Source: Octopus sinensis
Lineage: Eukaryota
Assembly: GCF_006345805.1 (NCBI RefSeq)
Contig: NC_042997.1
Location: 38,192,001-38,256,000, forward strand
DNA length: 64,000 bases
Reading direction: 5' to 3'
The translations under genes were made by a program, and so were the position numbers. The notes beneath the pieces are model-generated. The model had not been told where the DNA came from and searched no databases. It worked only from the letters and a program-made list of their open reading frames with translations. This document shows, in pieces, positions 26,203 to 41,276 of the stretch; position 1 is the first letter of the stretch; each line of letters starts with the position of its first letter.

Positions 26203-26472
26203 GAATTTTTAATTTTTTGTTTTATTTTCGTGGTATTTTTGTACGTCCTTTTAATACTTCTTCATCTCAAATTTTTATTACAGCAATATTTTATAACTTT
26301 TAAATGTAAATTCACTGTGTTTTATGTATCACATCGATATTTATCTATTTATGTGTATTTTTATATTCATATAATTGGAATTTTTATTTCCATTTTATAA
26401 ATGTAGAAGAATATATGTATGTATTTGATTTTCGAGTATTGTTAACACTAGCAAAGTCAAAATAAAGCAGTG

Positions 26473-26567
<95 letters not shown>

Positions 26568-27544
26568 TGTGTGTGTGTTTGTGTGTGTCTGTATGTGCAT
26601 ATATTTATTTATGTATGTACGTAAATATATGTATATGTGTGTGTACATACATACAGAGAGACAGGCAGACGGATAGTTAGCTAGAGACAGAGATTCATAT
26701 GCACTCGCGCAACGACAAACTAATATATGACTTTGAACCCAAAGCTCCAGTACAGCGTGATACCCGTATATTGCGCACCGCATACTGTGGATTTTGCTCT
26801 GTGTCTGCTATGTGTGAAAAAGTGAGTCCTATTCATAGATAAATGTTGTTTAAATTAAAAGATTTTCAGGAAATATCTGTCCATCAATGTGCCCAAACAC
26901 ACTAAGCAGTCCATAATTATTATAAGAGATAAGAAACAGTCTTCCAGTTTACTGTATAGTTGCTAATCTATGCGCAGTATATAACAGTGCATCTGGTATA
27001 TTTAGTTATGGTGATAATACTGATAAAATTATAGTAGGCCAACTTCAAACACATACATTACTCTAACAACTATCTATGAGATTCGATATTGCATCTTTAT
27101 ATATCGTTTGTAAGCGACAATATTAACATAATCTTTTTCTTTTTCTTAATTTCAGCCCATACAAAGCATTGTGGTATAATGTACGACATAACTAGGTTTT
27201 TATATTGATGAATTGGTTGTAAATGTTACAAAAGATCCAGCCATATATACTCTATATTTTTACTTCAAAATCTGCTGCAGTCAATATTCTCTGTGGATAA
27301 AATGTATGCAAACCACGTACTGAGGTAGATGTAGTCATTGCTTCAGGACCCTTCCTTGTACGCCAGATTTTTGGCCCTATAATTGTATCATACTACTACT
27401 AGTACTACTGTATCATAAAGCAGCATTTTAAAATTTTCAGTTTAATGGTTTCGGCATTCAGAGCATGATATAATTTTCATGCGTAAAGAGTAATTAAATC
27501 TATTTGAAAAAGCTGACCCTGAAAAAATAATCCTAATACAGGCA

Positions 27545-27690
27545 TAGGGTCCGAAATTTGTTGGAGGGGGGGGGGGCTTAATGATTACCTCGACCACAGT
27601 ACTCAACTGGTACATATTTCCTCGATCCCGAAAGGATGAAGCGCAAAGTCGACCTCGGTACCATTTGAACTCTAAACGTACAGACGAGCC
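27545..27690 (-). mobile_element. SINE family B, partial and diverged
   Basis: cccgaaaggatgaagcgcaaagtcgacctcgg central domain. Confidence 0.75.
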
Positions 27691-28584
27691 TGGGAAATTC
27701 ATAGAAAAATTTTGAGAAATTTCGTATACCAATGTTCTCAGAAGTAAAGATTCTTGTTTCGCCTCTGAACATACTTATTGTGTCCGAAATCAACCGTTGT
27801 CGGATATGAGTATATATTATTTCTTTTTTTTTTTTTACAGTTTTCCTACTATAATCTTGATTTCCTAACAATAGTTATGTGGAATTTCTTTTCAGATATT
27901 CTGAAAACGAATGTAACATTTTACTTTACTGACCTTATTTTTCAAGAAGCAATGGTAAATGTTAAAATCTGCTTTAGACTAAAAGTGAAAAATTTTCTGG
28001 TCCAAAAATGAATCAATATTTAGTTGGAGATGAATAATGCAGAACTTGGCAGCAGTGATATATCGCCTCCTAGGAACTTTTATTTACTGTTTTGTTTCCT
28101 GTGTATGCGTTCATTTCGTTGCAGACTAAACTGTTCTCGCCATCCCTATAGGGGATAATAGTACACTACTGTCCTTTAGATCGAATGTACCGATTTTCCT
28201 CATCAAATAATTTTCTTGAAGAGAACATTACTTCTATATTACATGTATAAATGTGTTTAATATATTTAAATGAAAAATTAATATTCTACTTGAAAAAAAA
28301 TATGAATATTAAAGAAATGACAGATATTCACATTCTCACTATTGCTCAGGCATCTATAAATATGGAAAACTATAAGCTATTCTATATTTTAGCATTTGTA
28401 ATTCTGTTGTATCAAGTCAATATGACAAAATTCCCTTCTGCCATTCTTGAGTGATGATAGGATTTGCTCGTGGGAATCTAGACTAATGAAACACGTGTTG
28501 AATGTCAAGTTTTGGTCGCCATGTTAGACGAAATATAATCCTACGCAGTATGTCTATGGAAACACAATGGAAAAGTAAACTATT

Positions 28585-28797
28585 TTTTCTAAGTTCGGCA
28601 CAAGGCCAGCAATAGTTTAAGGGGATCGGTCAGTTGGTAACATCAGCCCCACTGCTCAGCTGGAACATCTTTTCAACCTCAAAATGATGAAAGGCAAAGT
28701 AGAGCCCGGTAGAATCTGGGCTTCTAATGTACAGACGGGCAAAATACCGCTAAGCATCTTGTCCAGCGTGCTTAATATTCTGCTATTTGGCCGCCTT
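28585..28797 (-). mobile_element. SINE family B (ggcacaaggccag-tailed subfamily), diverged
   Basis: Head ccgccttc...taccgctaagcat, central domain and subfamily tail all recognisable. Confidence 0.75.
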
Positions 28798-31027
28798 CAG
28801 AAGACCTAAATTATTGATTGTTATGTGTATTTACTAACAATATAATATTCTAATGTTTTGATTATACATACTGCTTAAATTTTGAGCAATTCACCGACAC
28901 CATGTCCATACTCCTAATCATTATAGTCATTGCAACTTAACTTTGTAATGATACATTTACTTTACAACGAAAGACAATACTACGCATCTTCTATAGTTAA
29001 TCAATATTACACCATCTAAAGAAATAAGTAAAATCAATAAATATATATTTCTAGTTTATAACTAATATTTACTGAACAATAACTTGTAGCTAACACTGTA
29101 CTAACGTGACACTTTTAATAATATTTGTTAACATTAATCTCTAAGCTCTGTAAAATAATGCAATAGAGAAAAGAAAATTCCTATCACAAATAAGATGAAC
29201 GTTAATACCAAAAGTTGTATCGATTGAAATGCACTTAATTTGTTTAAAATTCTTTCAGGGAAAAAATACAAACATCCAATAATTAAGAAAAGGTGTATGC
29301 GTGTATTTTGAATGCATTTTTTTAATTCAAATATAAGTAGATATGTAAAATATCATGCGAAAACAGATAAGAACTATCATAGTTGTATGTGTGCGTATGT
29401 ATGATGTAATGGATGTATATATGTATGTGTATGTGTGTGTGAGAGAGAAAGAGGGAGGGAGAGAGAGTTTCACTATATAAAATTGTGTTGGTGTATTCTA
29501 AGCAAATATGTGTTTGTGTATTTTGAAATTAAAAAAAGTAATGGGCGGGAGATATACACTCAACTAACTATGTGTTTGTTAGTATGTATGCGTATATATA
29601 CGAATGTGAATGTATGAGAGTGTCTCTTTTGTGCGTGTATGTGTGTATGCGTGGCTATCCAATATTGAATTTTTTTCTAATCATATTAATTTAGTGGGTA
29701 GAAAAACAAATATCTTATTTATGTTGAAATCTTTCCATAAGTGTTTTACTCTTAAAAAGCACTAATGAAGCTACAGTGTTTATTATTCATCAAAGAATTG
29801 CATATCAATAGTAATTATGAAAGATCACTCCCAGTACATTTCGATAATGAAATGATTACTACAAAAGACAGAAATCAAAGAGAAAATAATGTGGTGTATT
29901 TGTTTGTCAGTTTATAGTTGGCATTATTGCTTTTTTTTTACTCTTTTTCCCCATGTTTTGGTATCTATTGTTTCATATCAGTTTTAATATTTCTTTCGCA
30001 GTTGTTAAGAACTTATCAACAGAAAGAAATGCGAAATTTATTTACATGATTCTATTGTTTAATTGATTAAACTAACCTTTCCAGTAGAGATGGAATCGTG
30101 CCGAATAAATAGATCAATAATACCATGTTTGGGATTTCAGATGGTGTCTGACACCCGAGGGATTGAACTCAGTACTGTATGCAAGCCAGCTACTTCCTAG
30201 TAAATAATACAATTCAACCGATCTCCCAGTGATTATGTATAGCAAATATGGAGACCACGTAAAATGAACTATGTGTACATTACCATCCATAGATATGCAT
30301 TTCGCTCACAAAAACAACATAATACTACTGACGGGATACGAGATATCAACTTCGTTGATAATTTGTCCTATATCTATTGACATGCCAGGAGTGCCAACAG
30401 TGTAATTCACAATTGTGCATAAAAAATAGATTTTTATTGGTGGCAAAAAACAACTTTGATTTTTTTTTTCTTTTTCCTGCCTATCCAATACATAAGAAAC
30501 AACGTGTCTTTGGGATTTGAATCTTGTCACAGATGTCAAGGCATTTAACTTTTCTCAGGTATTAGTTTTACATAAAATATAGAAACACTTTATATTGGAT
30601 ATTTGAGAAACTCAACTGAACACATGAAGTTCACTAGCCATTAACCATTACGAATGGAATAGTTATGAGATGTGTTGCTCTATATTTCCTGTTTACAACT
30701 TGAGTAGTGACTCGATGAAATTCTCATTATTTTTAACAGTATATGACCTCATATGAGATTTTCAGTTTAATTCTTCATTTGTCACTCTAATCTATCCCGT
30801 TTAATATGAAGTACCAAGGGCTATTCCTAAACTCTTCTTAGTTATTGTATAAAATTATTTTATCTTTTTAGCGGTTTCATCGTTTCCTATTCAGTGAGTG
30901 TATACGTAATAAATATATTAGGGTAGAAAACACATGCACAGATACAAAAACAGTCACACACACACATACACGCATACACACACACATACACGCATACACA
31001 CACACACATACACGCATACACACACAC

Positions 31028-31082
<55 letters not shown>

Positions 31083-31493
31083 TATTCATTAACTAGGATA
31101 GTATTGACAATTACTTCGATGTCTCGGCCAACTAAACTATAATCAAATAGTGTGATGGTGGCTTAGCAGGCCAAAACTGAAAACGTCACTATCAGTACTA
31201 TTTTTGTTAAAGAATAGTCAACAAATTTATGGAATAACCCTTCTGATTAATGAGAAAATGGTTTTTATTATATCTAAACATAAAAACAAACATTAATATG
31301 ATACATATGTGTTGTGTACGTGTGCGTATGTGTGTGTGTGGTGTATGGATCAAAACCGTTTGACTCAAATTCGCTGGTAGTCTTGAGTTTCACGAGTGCC
31401 ACCGAAGTTGAATCAATTTTGATCCTTACATGTAACTCCAAATAAACGGGTTGAGTGCCCTTCTTTCATTCGTTCACTCACTCGTATACATAT

Positions 31494-31894
31494 AGGCGCA
31501 GGAGTGGCTGTGTGGTAAGTAGCTTGCTAACCAACCACATGGTTCCGGGTTCAGTCCCACTGCGTGGCATCTTGGGCAAGTGTCTTCTGCTATAGCCCTG
31601 GGCCGACCAATGCCTTGTGAGTGGATTTGGTAGACGGAAACTGAAAGAAGCCTGTCGTATATATGTATATATATATATATGTATGTATATGTTTGTGTGT
31701 CTGTGTTTGTCCCCCTAGCATTGCTTGACAACCGATGCTGGTGTGTTTACGTCCCCGTCACTTAGCGGTTCGGCAAAAAGAGACCGATAGAATAAGTACT
31801 GGGCTTACAAAGAATAAGTCCCGTGGTGAATTTGCTCGACTAAAGGCGGTGCTCTAGTATGGCCGCAGTCAAATGACTGAAACAAGTAAAAAGA
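31494..31894 (+). mobile_element. SINE family C (tRNA head, CORE-like block, internal microsatellite, 3' domain)
   Basis: aggcgcaggagtggctgtgtggtaag head; cttgggcaagtgtcttct block; tail gactgaaacaagtaaaaag; TSD tatacatata. Confidence 0.93.
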
Positions 31895-31907
31895 TTATAT
31901 ACATATA

Positions 31908-33235
31908 CTAGCAAATGCTCCCGTCCTTTGGACGGTGTAATTTAATATAATGGTGCACTCATGTGGATGGTGTAAGTTTAATTAGCGTGCTGTTAGAAGT
32001 CGTGTCAATTGATAACCATTTTCGTTAGCAGTTTAATAAGAGATTTAATACTTTTTGGGGGACACAAATTTGGTACTTAGTTATAAATGAAAGTCCATGA
32101 AATGAGGTCGTAATTGTAATAGGCATTAGGGATCCTATATGTAACCTGAAGCGTTTTGCATCATGTACTACTTTTTCTCGTAAAGCATGACACAGCCGCA
32201 TTGAGGCTTTTTTATTTTCAATAAAAGTCATGTATAAAAGAAAAACAAACATTTATAGCAAACACGCAAATAGAAAAATAGCATGTACAAAAATGAATGT
32301 CAGAGCATATTTATGAGCGAACAGCGTGCGTGAAGAGGGGACGTTGAAGTTAATGTACGGTTAACAGTAATCAGGGTAATGAAACAAAATATAAATTAAA
32401 TTTATGCAGCAATCTGATTGCTAACGGCTACAGTTTGGCGTAGATGTGAAGAATGCAGTAGAGGAATAGCTACTGTAGGACTGCTTTGTAGACAAGCATA
32501 GATGAATAAGCTGTCTGGAGGGCCAACCCTGGAACAACCGACGTAGAACTGCCCATGTGAAAAGCACTATGTTCGAAGGTCCAGTCCGACAACTTTCAGC
32601 GACTGACCTTGTGTTTTGTTAATTGTCATGGCAAAGTTGAGTTTCAGAGGGAACTGAAATCTCTACATAGTATAAGGGCAGTCTGTTGGCGATAGCGGAA
32701 TTTTCGGAATGAAAACGGTGCCGTTTTTGCCGTATCCCGTGATAATTTGGACTTCAATGATGACGGGGTCCATCATCTCTTTGACCACAAGGTGAGTTCC
32801 ATTGCATAGTGTGGGTGCGTTTAGATTGCGTAGGAGGGTGCCAGGGCAACCGACTTTTAAGTGAAGTTCATGGAGTGGGAGTCCTGGAGGATCTTGGGTG
32901 TTGAGAAATTCAGTTGAAAATTGTGTAACCTGATCGAGGTCGGTAACGGTGTGAACTGATCTGTAACAACATTCTTGAGAAGCTAACTGACTAAATCATA
33001 GTTAGGAGTGCTGCATTTGTAGGTGCAAAAACTGCACTATCGCGAAGCCAATCTGGTTTGGCGCTTTGCAGTAAATGGACATTGTAAAGACTGTATAACT
33101 GTCACAGCTTGGTATGTTTACTTTAAATGAAGTGCTAACGTGTAAATATTGGCGGTTTGCAATGAATGGACATTGTAAAAACTGTACAAGTGTCACAACT
33201 TGGTATGTGTAAAAGCATATGTATAATATGGATTA
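31908..33235 (-). mobile_element. Internally deleted Helitron with a PIF1 helicase C-terminal remnant
   Basis: 3' end has hairpin ccgtcc-aaa-ggacgg then CTAG followed by T. Minus-strand translation at about 32500-32950 gives [27 protein letters not shown] and CFSHGQFYVGCSRV, with in-frame stops. Confidence 0.92.
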
Positions 33236-33376
33236 ATTTTTGAAGGGATTAAACAAATAATTAAAATTTGCTTTAAATTGCATGGCTACCTGAAGGAAGT
33301 GCTAATATACAAATATGGTTGTTCTGCAGTAAATGGGCATAGCAAAGAGTTACGGTCCGTCACATACACAAATAAA

Positions 33377-33418
<42 letters not shown>

Positions 33419-34576
33419 TCTTCCGGTAGACAGCCAGTTTCTGACAGTTACTTTGCAAAGAGTTACCTCCCTTGTCCACTTTAGAAGGTTTTTCGGAGCC
33501 TCATACCCTTTTCTGCGATTCTGACCCTAGAAGCTCCATGACTACATATTACTCCATAAGAGAAAATTCTAAAGAATGTACAACCATCTGTGGAATATAA
33601 GTGATGTATTTGCACTGAATGCTGTGATTCATTGCTTTTCTAATATTTCCCACAAGGTTTCTTCTCAGGTTTACATTTTCCCTACTCTCATATACTTAAA
33701 TGTTTATTATTGCAAAACTTAAGAACTCCTCTAATCTCCTAGCAGATTTGCTTTTGATATAAGCCCCTACAAAGTTTGAGAGCAACAATCATAACAAGTC
33801 AGTTACAACACGTTGTATACAATTGCCTTCTCTAAACGCTGAACAGTTTTGTTTTGCTTGTATTTTTTGCGAAATATGGTACAAAATATCAATTAGGCGG
33901 GATTTGAACTCCATTTATTGGGACATAACGTATTGCAATGTATTTCAATTTTATCTAACACAATTCAAATCGTAAATTTTTAGAAGAGATGAAAAGGTAT
34001 GTTTATGCTATCCATGGCACTTTAATATATAGCAGTATGCAACCAAACTAAACTATATATTAACCATGAATCAAAGCTGACTTCAATCTCCCTGTGGTGC
34101 GAGCTTATCACTTACATTAAAATTTTTATTGTGAGAAATTGTATTTTTGAATAGGCACAAAAGCCTCATATTTCATTCAAACAATAAGAAAATTTATCGT
34201 GTTCATGTCCATCGGTGGACATTAACTGCGTAAGTGAATTATCGGACACTTAACTACTGAAAGCAAGTGACCATGACTGTATTGAATATTCTGAGTTCTG
34301 AAATCAGTATCACTTATTTAGAGTAGACGTTGCTTTGTGTCTCTGAATTTTATTTTACGTATAATGGCAAATGATCGACAGAGATGCAGGTTCACTACAC
34401 AATAGCTCAAGAAATCTTCATAAAGTATTTCATTATATTTGAATTGTATCAGACCCAGTCAGAGAAATTTAAAATAAAAGAGGAATTAGGTTTCGAATAC
34501 ACATGTTTTCATTCCCATGCACACACAGACACACATACACACACACAGACAAATGCATTATATATATATTTGTGTT

Positions 34577-34958
34577 GGAGGCGCAATGGCCCAGTCGTTA
34601 GGGCAGCGAACTCGCGGTCGTAGGATTGCGGTTTCGATTCCCAGACCGGGCATTGTGAGTGTTTATTGAGCGAAAACACCTAAAGCTCCACGAGGCTCCG
34701 GCAGGGGATGGTGGTGATCCCTGCTGTACTCTTTCACCACAACTTTCTCTCACTCTTACTTCCTGTTTCTGTTGTATCTGTATTTCAAAGGGCCGGCCTT
34801 GTCACTCTCTGTGTCACGCTGAATCTCCCCGAGAACTACGTTAAGGGTACACGTGTCTGTGGAGTGCTCAGCCACTTGCACGTTAATTTCACGAGCAGGC
34901 TGTTCCGTTGATCGGATCAACCGGAACCCTCGTCGTCGTAAACGATGGAGTGCTTCCA
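34577..34958 (+). mobile_element. SINE family A, full length
   Basis: Full match to the family; TSD atatatttgtgt on both sides. Confidence 0.95.
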
Positions 34959-36074
34959 TATATTTGTGTGTGTGTGTGTGTGTGTGTGTGAGTGTGTGTC
35001 TTTTGTGTGCTTTGTGTGTTTGTGTGTATGTGTGTGTATGTACACGACGAAGGAACAAGAAATTATGTTATGATCTTCATTAGCTAACAGCTGTTTCTGC
35101 TATAAGATGCAACGCTCTCATATTTAGGTGCCTGCATATGTTATCTATGTACATATACACATATGCATAATTTTATATGTATATATAGATGTACATATAT
35201 ACAAACATATATATATATATAATATATATATATATCACCTAGCGAGAATGTAATGTAAATAATATTGTATTAAACATGTTTTAAGGATGTGCAATACTCC
35301 ACTAATATTTATAATGTCTTGAATATATACATACTCGCACGTGCGTATATGTGCTATTGTCTGGCCCGACCAAAAATGTTTAAGGTCTGACTGTCAGGCC
35401 GTTCTTCCTGGGGGTATTTTAATGAGACGTTATTCAAAATGAATTTGTTAAAGGTAATGGAGCATGTTTTGCATGTATTTTGGCTAATATTTCGTGCTGA
35501 TCAAGTAATTTTCCTTCTAGTGCGATCATGGTAGCGATTGCAAATATAGAATTCTCTTATTCATTTACTTTATTTTCAGCCTTTGGTCTGAGGCCATATT
35601 GCGACTTCACTTTATGGAGTTCGCAGATTACAGTTAAGATTATAATGGTCTTCCTAGACTTAATATAGCTTGCGAAACGTAATAACTTCTGATGTGCTGT
35701 GAAAAGTACTCCGAGACAAAATTCTAATATTTCTATACTTCAGATATTTACATATTTTTCTTTCGATTTAGGAAACTTATAGCAGCAAGAAATTGTTTCG
35801 TTGTTAATTGTTTGGTAGACTAAAATGTGAAAATGATCCGATGTGTATCACAATTTAAGATGTGTGATAAAGACTTCCAAATCACTAAAAATATATTGAG
35901 GTAATTTAGAATGGAAAATCTTATAAGAATCAGGCAAAACCTTGGCTGTATACTGTTTTCTGATCTATACAGTATATACATTAAGATCTTGAGATAAGTA
36001 GAAGACATTCCAGAAGTGCCAATATAAAATTTAGTAAACCATCAACCTTAGTTATACAGAAGATATTATCTTAT

Positions 36075-36585
36075 CAGCTTACAACTCAAATGACTTACAG
36101 AACATTGAAAGCACACTCAATGACAAAGCAATGCCGAGTTGAATGCAAATTAAAGAACAGAAAACGAAACGAAAAGCAATCAAGAAAGAATAGCACAAAA
36201 TAACGTTTCTAAACTGAAACGTATGATCTACTCAATGATATGGAACAAAAACATTGACATTAATAACAGTGTTGACCAGTAGATGAGAAGACTTCAAGGT
36301 ACAGACAAATAGAAAACTTTTGAGAACACCATAGGGAGATTACGCAATCAATGATGAAATAATAACAATGGCAAAAACTGAAATCATTTTATTAGACACC
36401 ATCAAACAAGGAAAACTATTGTATTTTTGATATTTAATAAGCGAAAGAGGTTTGCAGAGAAAATTAAGTATTTCGGTGAATGGTTGAAAACAGACTTAAA
36501 TTGCTATGCATAAGCAGCGAAGTGTAAAGAATGAAGTGATGATCCAAAGTAGTCACGCTGGAGAGAGTGATTATCTGTTGATGAT
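36075..36585 (+). mobile_element. Highly degenerate RTE-like LINE 3' fragment
   Basis: Broken translation includes NDLQ.I...LN, IWNKNIDI, NDEI and LLDTIKQGKLLYF, similar to RTE ORF2 C-termini; ends near gatgat. Confidence 0.45.
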
Positions 36586-38211
36586 AATTTCCTGATTTGC
36601 TCTTTCTATCACATATGACTTTGTACGTCTACAAATGTATAAAGGTTGAATATTATTTAAGACGTGCTACTGTTGCCATTATTATTTTATATAATTTGTA
36701 TTATGGAACGTAATTCTTCTTATTTTTTGTAAACATTACCACCTGTCATCACAAATAAAATGTAATTGGCTGAGACATAATATTGTTGATGATGCTGATG
36801 CTGTTTCATGTAACAGAGATGACTTATAGCAGTCATTGTAAAGACTACGATGGTTTTCCTTCAATCCTCCTAGTACCATCGAACTGATATTTATGCCGCT
36901 GTTGTTCTCCTAATTGAATTCTACGTAATAGAAAACAATTAAATATTAACGCATGACCTTCCAACATTTGGTAGGGAAAGTTTCTTAGGATTTGATATTT
37001 TATTTCACTTATGAAGCTGGGGCACATTACAATATTCCGTCCGTTCCATATAGCTCGGTTTCATTTACTGTAGCCATCATAAAACTTCAGTCTTTCTGTG
37101 TAGCGATAGGTAATATTCAAGCCACTGTAAAATTTGATCTTTTTACTTAGCACATATTAGCTTTGAGTGATGAGTTGATATACTCTGTGCGTGTGTATTG
37201 AGTGTCTATGTGTGCGTGTGTGTGTGTGTCAAACCCTAATACATCTAGGGCATAGTGTATGGCTCAAATTATTTTGAACTTAAGCTACCTGAAAAATAAG
37301 AAAAGTATGTATTTTAGTAATTTTCCATTTGAAAGATTTTTGCACATACATGTTGCATTTCCATATCTCTGAGTGTTCCACCTGCAACAATCTACCAAGT
37401 ACACTAAACATGAGCTCACCTCAACACTTTAAAGTTGAAGACTAACTGACATAAGTTTGTTGACATCTATTATTAGACTGGCGGTAAACATTACCCACAA
37501 AATACAATCCCACCCCAAATACACAAGGCAAGATGGCGAGCATGCTATTCTAAAGTTGAGTTTCTTTTGGGACTGGTTTCATATTTATTGTAGTTTAGTA
37601 TTCTTCACACATTTGCACAGAATAAACAGATGTAAGCATAGAGAAAATTCAATGCAGTGGAGGTGTTATGAAATTGGATTGCGTTAATGATTCTTTGAGT
37701 TCGATTACAGGTTAACTTAATATATACGAGCGTCACCTGACATTGCCTCAAATCAATCAAAACCTGCGGATTAAAATTATGATCATGCAAATTGTATAAA
37801 GCCAGTATGATGCAGTGTTGTAATTAAGTGCCCATCTTCCCACAGACATTGTTACATATACAAATACAATCATACACACGCGCACAGACACACGCACATG
37901 GCATAAATATTCGTACATATATACATATTAAGTGTCTTGTGTGTCTATGTGTGTGCGTGCATATATGTGTATTTATGTGTGAAGCCGGCCAATATTTTGA
38001 AGTAATAACTGTCTCTGTAATAATTAAGAAGAGCTGAACTTTGATCATTTATTTGCAATTTATTTTAGTCAATATATTATAATTAGCTAATCTATCAATT
38101 CACTTTAGCTTGCTAAATTCTAACGTGTGTAAATACAGACCAATTTTAACATTTTGTTTTTATTTCATAAGGATTAGATTTACTTTAATATGCAGTTTCT
38201 CTCATATATAT

Positions 38212-38254
<43 letters not shown>

Positions 38255-38399
38255 AACTAAAGTTATTGAACAAACAAATGCAAGGTCTTCTACATATCAT
38301 TTTATAATTCGCATATCATTTCAATAGAGCACTTCTATAGCAGTCCTATTAATCTTTTTGTTCCTGACAAGAAACAATCACTGTATTATTGATATTGAT

Positions 38400-38443
<44 letters not shown>

Positions 38444-38495
38444 CATGCATGTATGTATGTATGTATGTATGTATGTATGTATGTATGTATGTATC

Positions 38496-38529
<34 letters not shown>

Positions 38530-41065
38530 GCAGACAGAGAAAATACAAATTATATTTATTTGCCTCTACATGCAGATTTTTATTTACTAAGAGGATAAAA
38601 GCTATATAGAAAATAGCACAAAAGTGACAAATCAAATCTGAGCGAAAGAGAAACGTCAAGTTTTGAGCTAAAGAAGCACTAAATGGGAACCAGAAAGAAA
38701 AAAGAATATATTTTCGAAACAACGCAAACTTTTGTAGAAAAATAATAAGTGTTATTAAAAAAATCAATATAAAAGAGGTTGGGACAGACAGAGGAAATAA
38801 GGAAATTTGATATGATGGTGATAAAATTACAGCTGTTAAGGTTCAAATCCCTTTATAAATTTTAGATGCATTAGATTGAGGTGAATTAATTCTGAATCAA
38901 AATATAATTACCAAATCAATACAAATTTACCCTGTTTTTTTTTTTTAATCCAGATAATTCTAATACGATTTTTAGCTTTAGGAAAAAATTAAAATATTAA
39001 ATACTCTAGAAATTTCACCATTTTACATTTTCAGCGAAACTCCTATTTCTGTTTTGTTTTTTTTTTTTTTTTTTTTTTTGCTCAATATTTGCATAATGTA
39101 AATTTAACAACAAAAATCAATAAAAAGGAAACATTTCCCACGTTAAATATTAAAATTCAGGAGGCAAGGTGATAGATTTCGAGTCTTTCACTCATGCGAC
39201 AATCCCGGAGGGTACCGTACCGGCACCGCTCATATATTCAAATCATATTTTCATTAAATTCCATTTCATTTAATTATATTTATTTTACTCTTTATTGTCA
39301 TAAAAATTAATCTATATTTTAATATCCTTTATTCTAAATCCAAGGGTGATGAACTGGAAGAGAGTAGTACAGCACAAAGAACACTTTGGTATATTGAGTT
39401 AGAACTCCTACAATATTGAGCTCAAATCTCACTAAATTCATGCTCGCCTTTCATCCTCCTAGTAACGATAATCTATAGGTAGTACTCAAATACTGAAGAT
39501 CGATATCATAGATTATATCTCCCCAAAATCCTTTCAAGGCTAGAAATCTTAAAATGCACAAGCAACATGTATATCTATGATAATATAGTTCTGGATATAT
39601 CATACCTAAATCAATGATACGATGATCGCTACTTGAATGCCTTTGATCATATGGCACTCGAACCAGGACTGACATCCAACATCAACAGTAACAAATTGTT
39701 TTACCTTTCATGTCTCCCGGAACAATAAAATATGGCTAAAGATCGATTCAATCAACAACACTCTTATTTTCTACAAATGCCCAGGCGTCTTCCAAAATAT
39801 TTGCAAACAACCTGCTGCGCTTTTGTAATATTGAATTTTGCTTATATGTTTGTAGTTGAAATACGTGTAGATGGAACATATATGTGTATGTGTCTTTGCG
39901 TGGGTATATGGTTTCGATATAAGATGGATCTTCGTTCGATGAAGATTCAGATACTTGATTGACCAAATTACCTACCCATATCTTAACGTATACGTAGCTT
40001 AGAGTTTCATAGAAACGTATCCTCTTAATGTAATTCTCAGCCAGAATTGGCTTGAGACAGCGCTTGTCTATGCCGCATCTTTTGCATTCCAGGAACAATC
40101 TACTCTAGCGGGGTATTTACAGTTTCCGAACTCCTAATTTCACTCGCAATGTATGAATAAACTTGAAGCTGTAAAAAATATTTACCCAGTATACTTATAC
40201 ATTGGGTTAGAATCTGGGACAGATATATCGTTTGAGTTTCGAGAATACACCCTTCTTCTGAAAGAAAGGTGAGATAATGTATGGTTCCACGAAGGACTCG
40301 CATATTAAAACAAATTATTCATTCACCAGTTCTGTGTAAATTACTCACTATCTGCTTCATTATTTTTGATAGACTCATCCATACACACATAAATACAAAT
40401 GTGTGTGTGTGTTTTACTGGCCACTTCGAGTTAACAGTCTTAATTCATATTTGTGTGTGTGTGTGTGTGTGTGTATTGCTGAACAAACAGTAGCGACAGA
40501 AATCAGTGCACATGTTTATACTTCCTTTCATCAGCAAACACTTACAAACTGCCTTTGAATCGGAGTGCATGATACCTATGTGGAGATAACTCCCATTTGT
40601 TCGGTGTTGTTTTATTAATAATCAATATTCAAACGCCATGTGAAAATTGCGAGATATCAAATAATCTGCTTGGTAAACAGAGTAGTTATGTGATACAGTT
40701 TTTCTAGGAATACATCGAACATCATTTTCACCGTTGATATAGGGTTTGATCTTGGAATGGATTTTTTTATTGGATGTTAAAGTAGAATGATTTTGTCTTT
40801 GGGATTTCAGATTAATTCCGAGACTGTTACATGTCTTTTCTCGCAAGCCCTAAAGGTCGAACACTTGTTGTTGTTAAATTTTCTTTCACTGATCCACTAT
40901 ATTTAGACTCTCTTCGACCGTTGCCACAGTTTGCTAATACCTGTTTTTCACAGTTGCTAATACCTGTTTTTCATCAGCTGTCCCCTGTTTTATCTACTCT
41001 GCGTGTCGAATGTAAGGACAAGACAAAAATATACCAATGTCAGCACATTTAATTAATAGTCGAGT

Positions 41066-41231
41066 AGGCGCAGGAGTGGCTGTGTGGTAAGTATCTTGCT
41101 TACCAACCACATGGTTCCGGGTTCAGTCCCATTGCACCTTGGGCAAGTGTCTTCTACTATAGCCTCGGGCCGACCAAAGCTTTGTGAGTGGATTTGGTAG
41201 ACGGAAACTGAAAGAAGCCCGCCGTATACAT

Positions 41232-41276
<45 letters not shown>

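Noticed and set aside
27157-27378. Exon candidates: plus PYKALWYNVRHN*, or minus GPKIWRTRK... joined to 37486-37540 as a class C GPCR-like TM7
   Set aside because: The GPCR reading needs two weak acceptors 10 kb apart and no other TM exons were found; the plus reading has no homolog.
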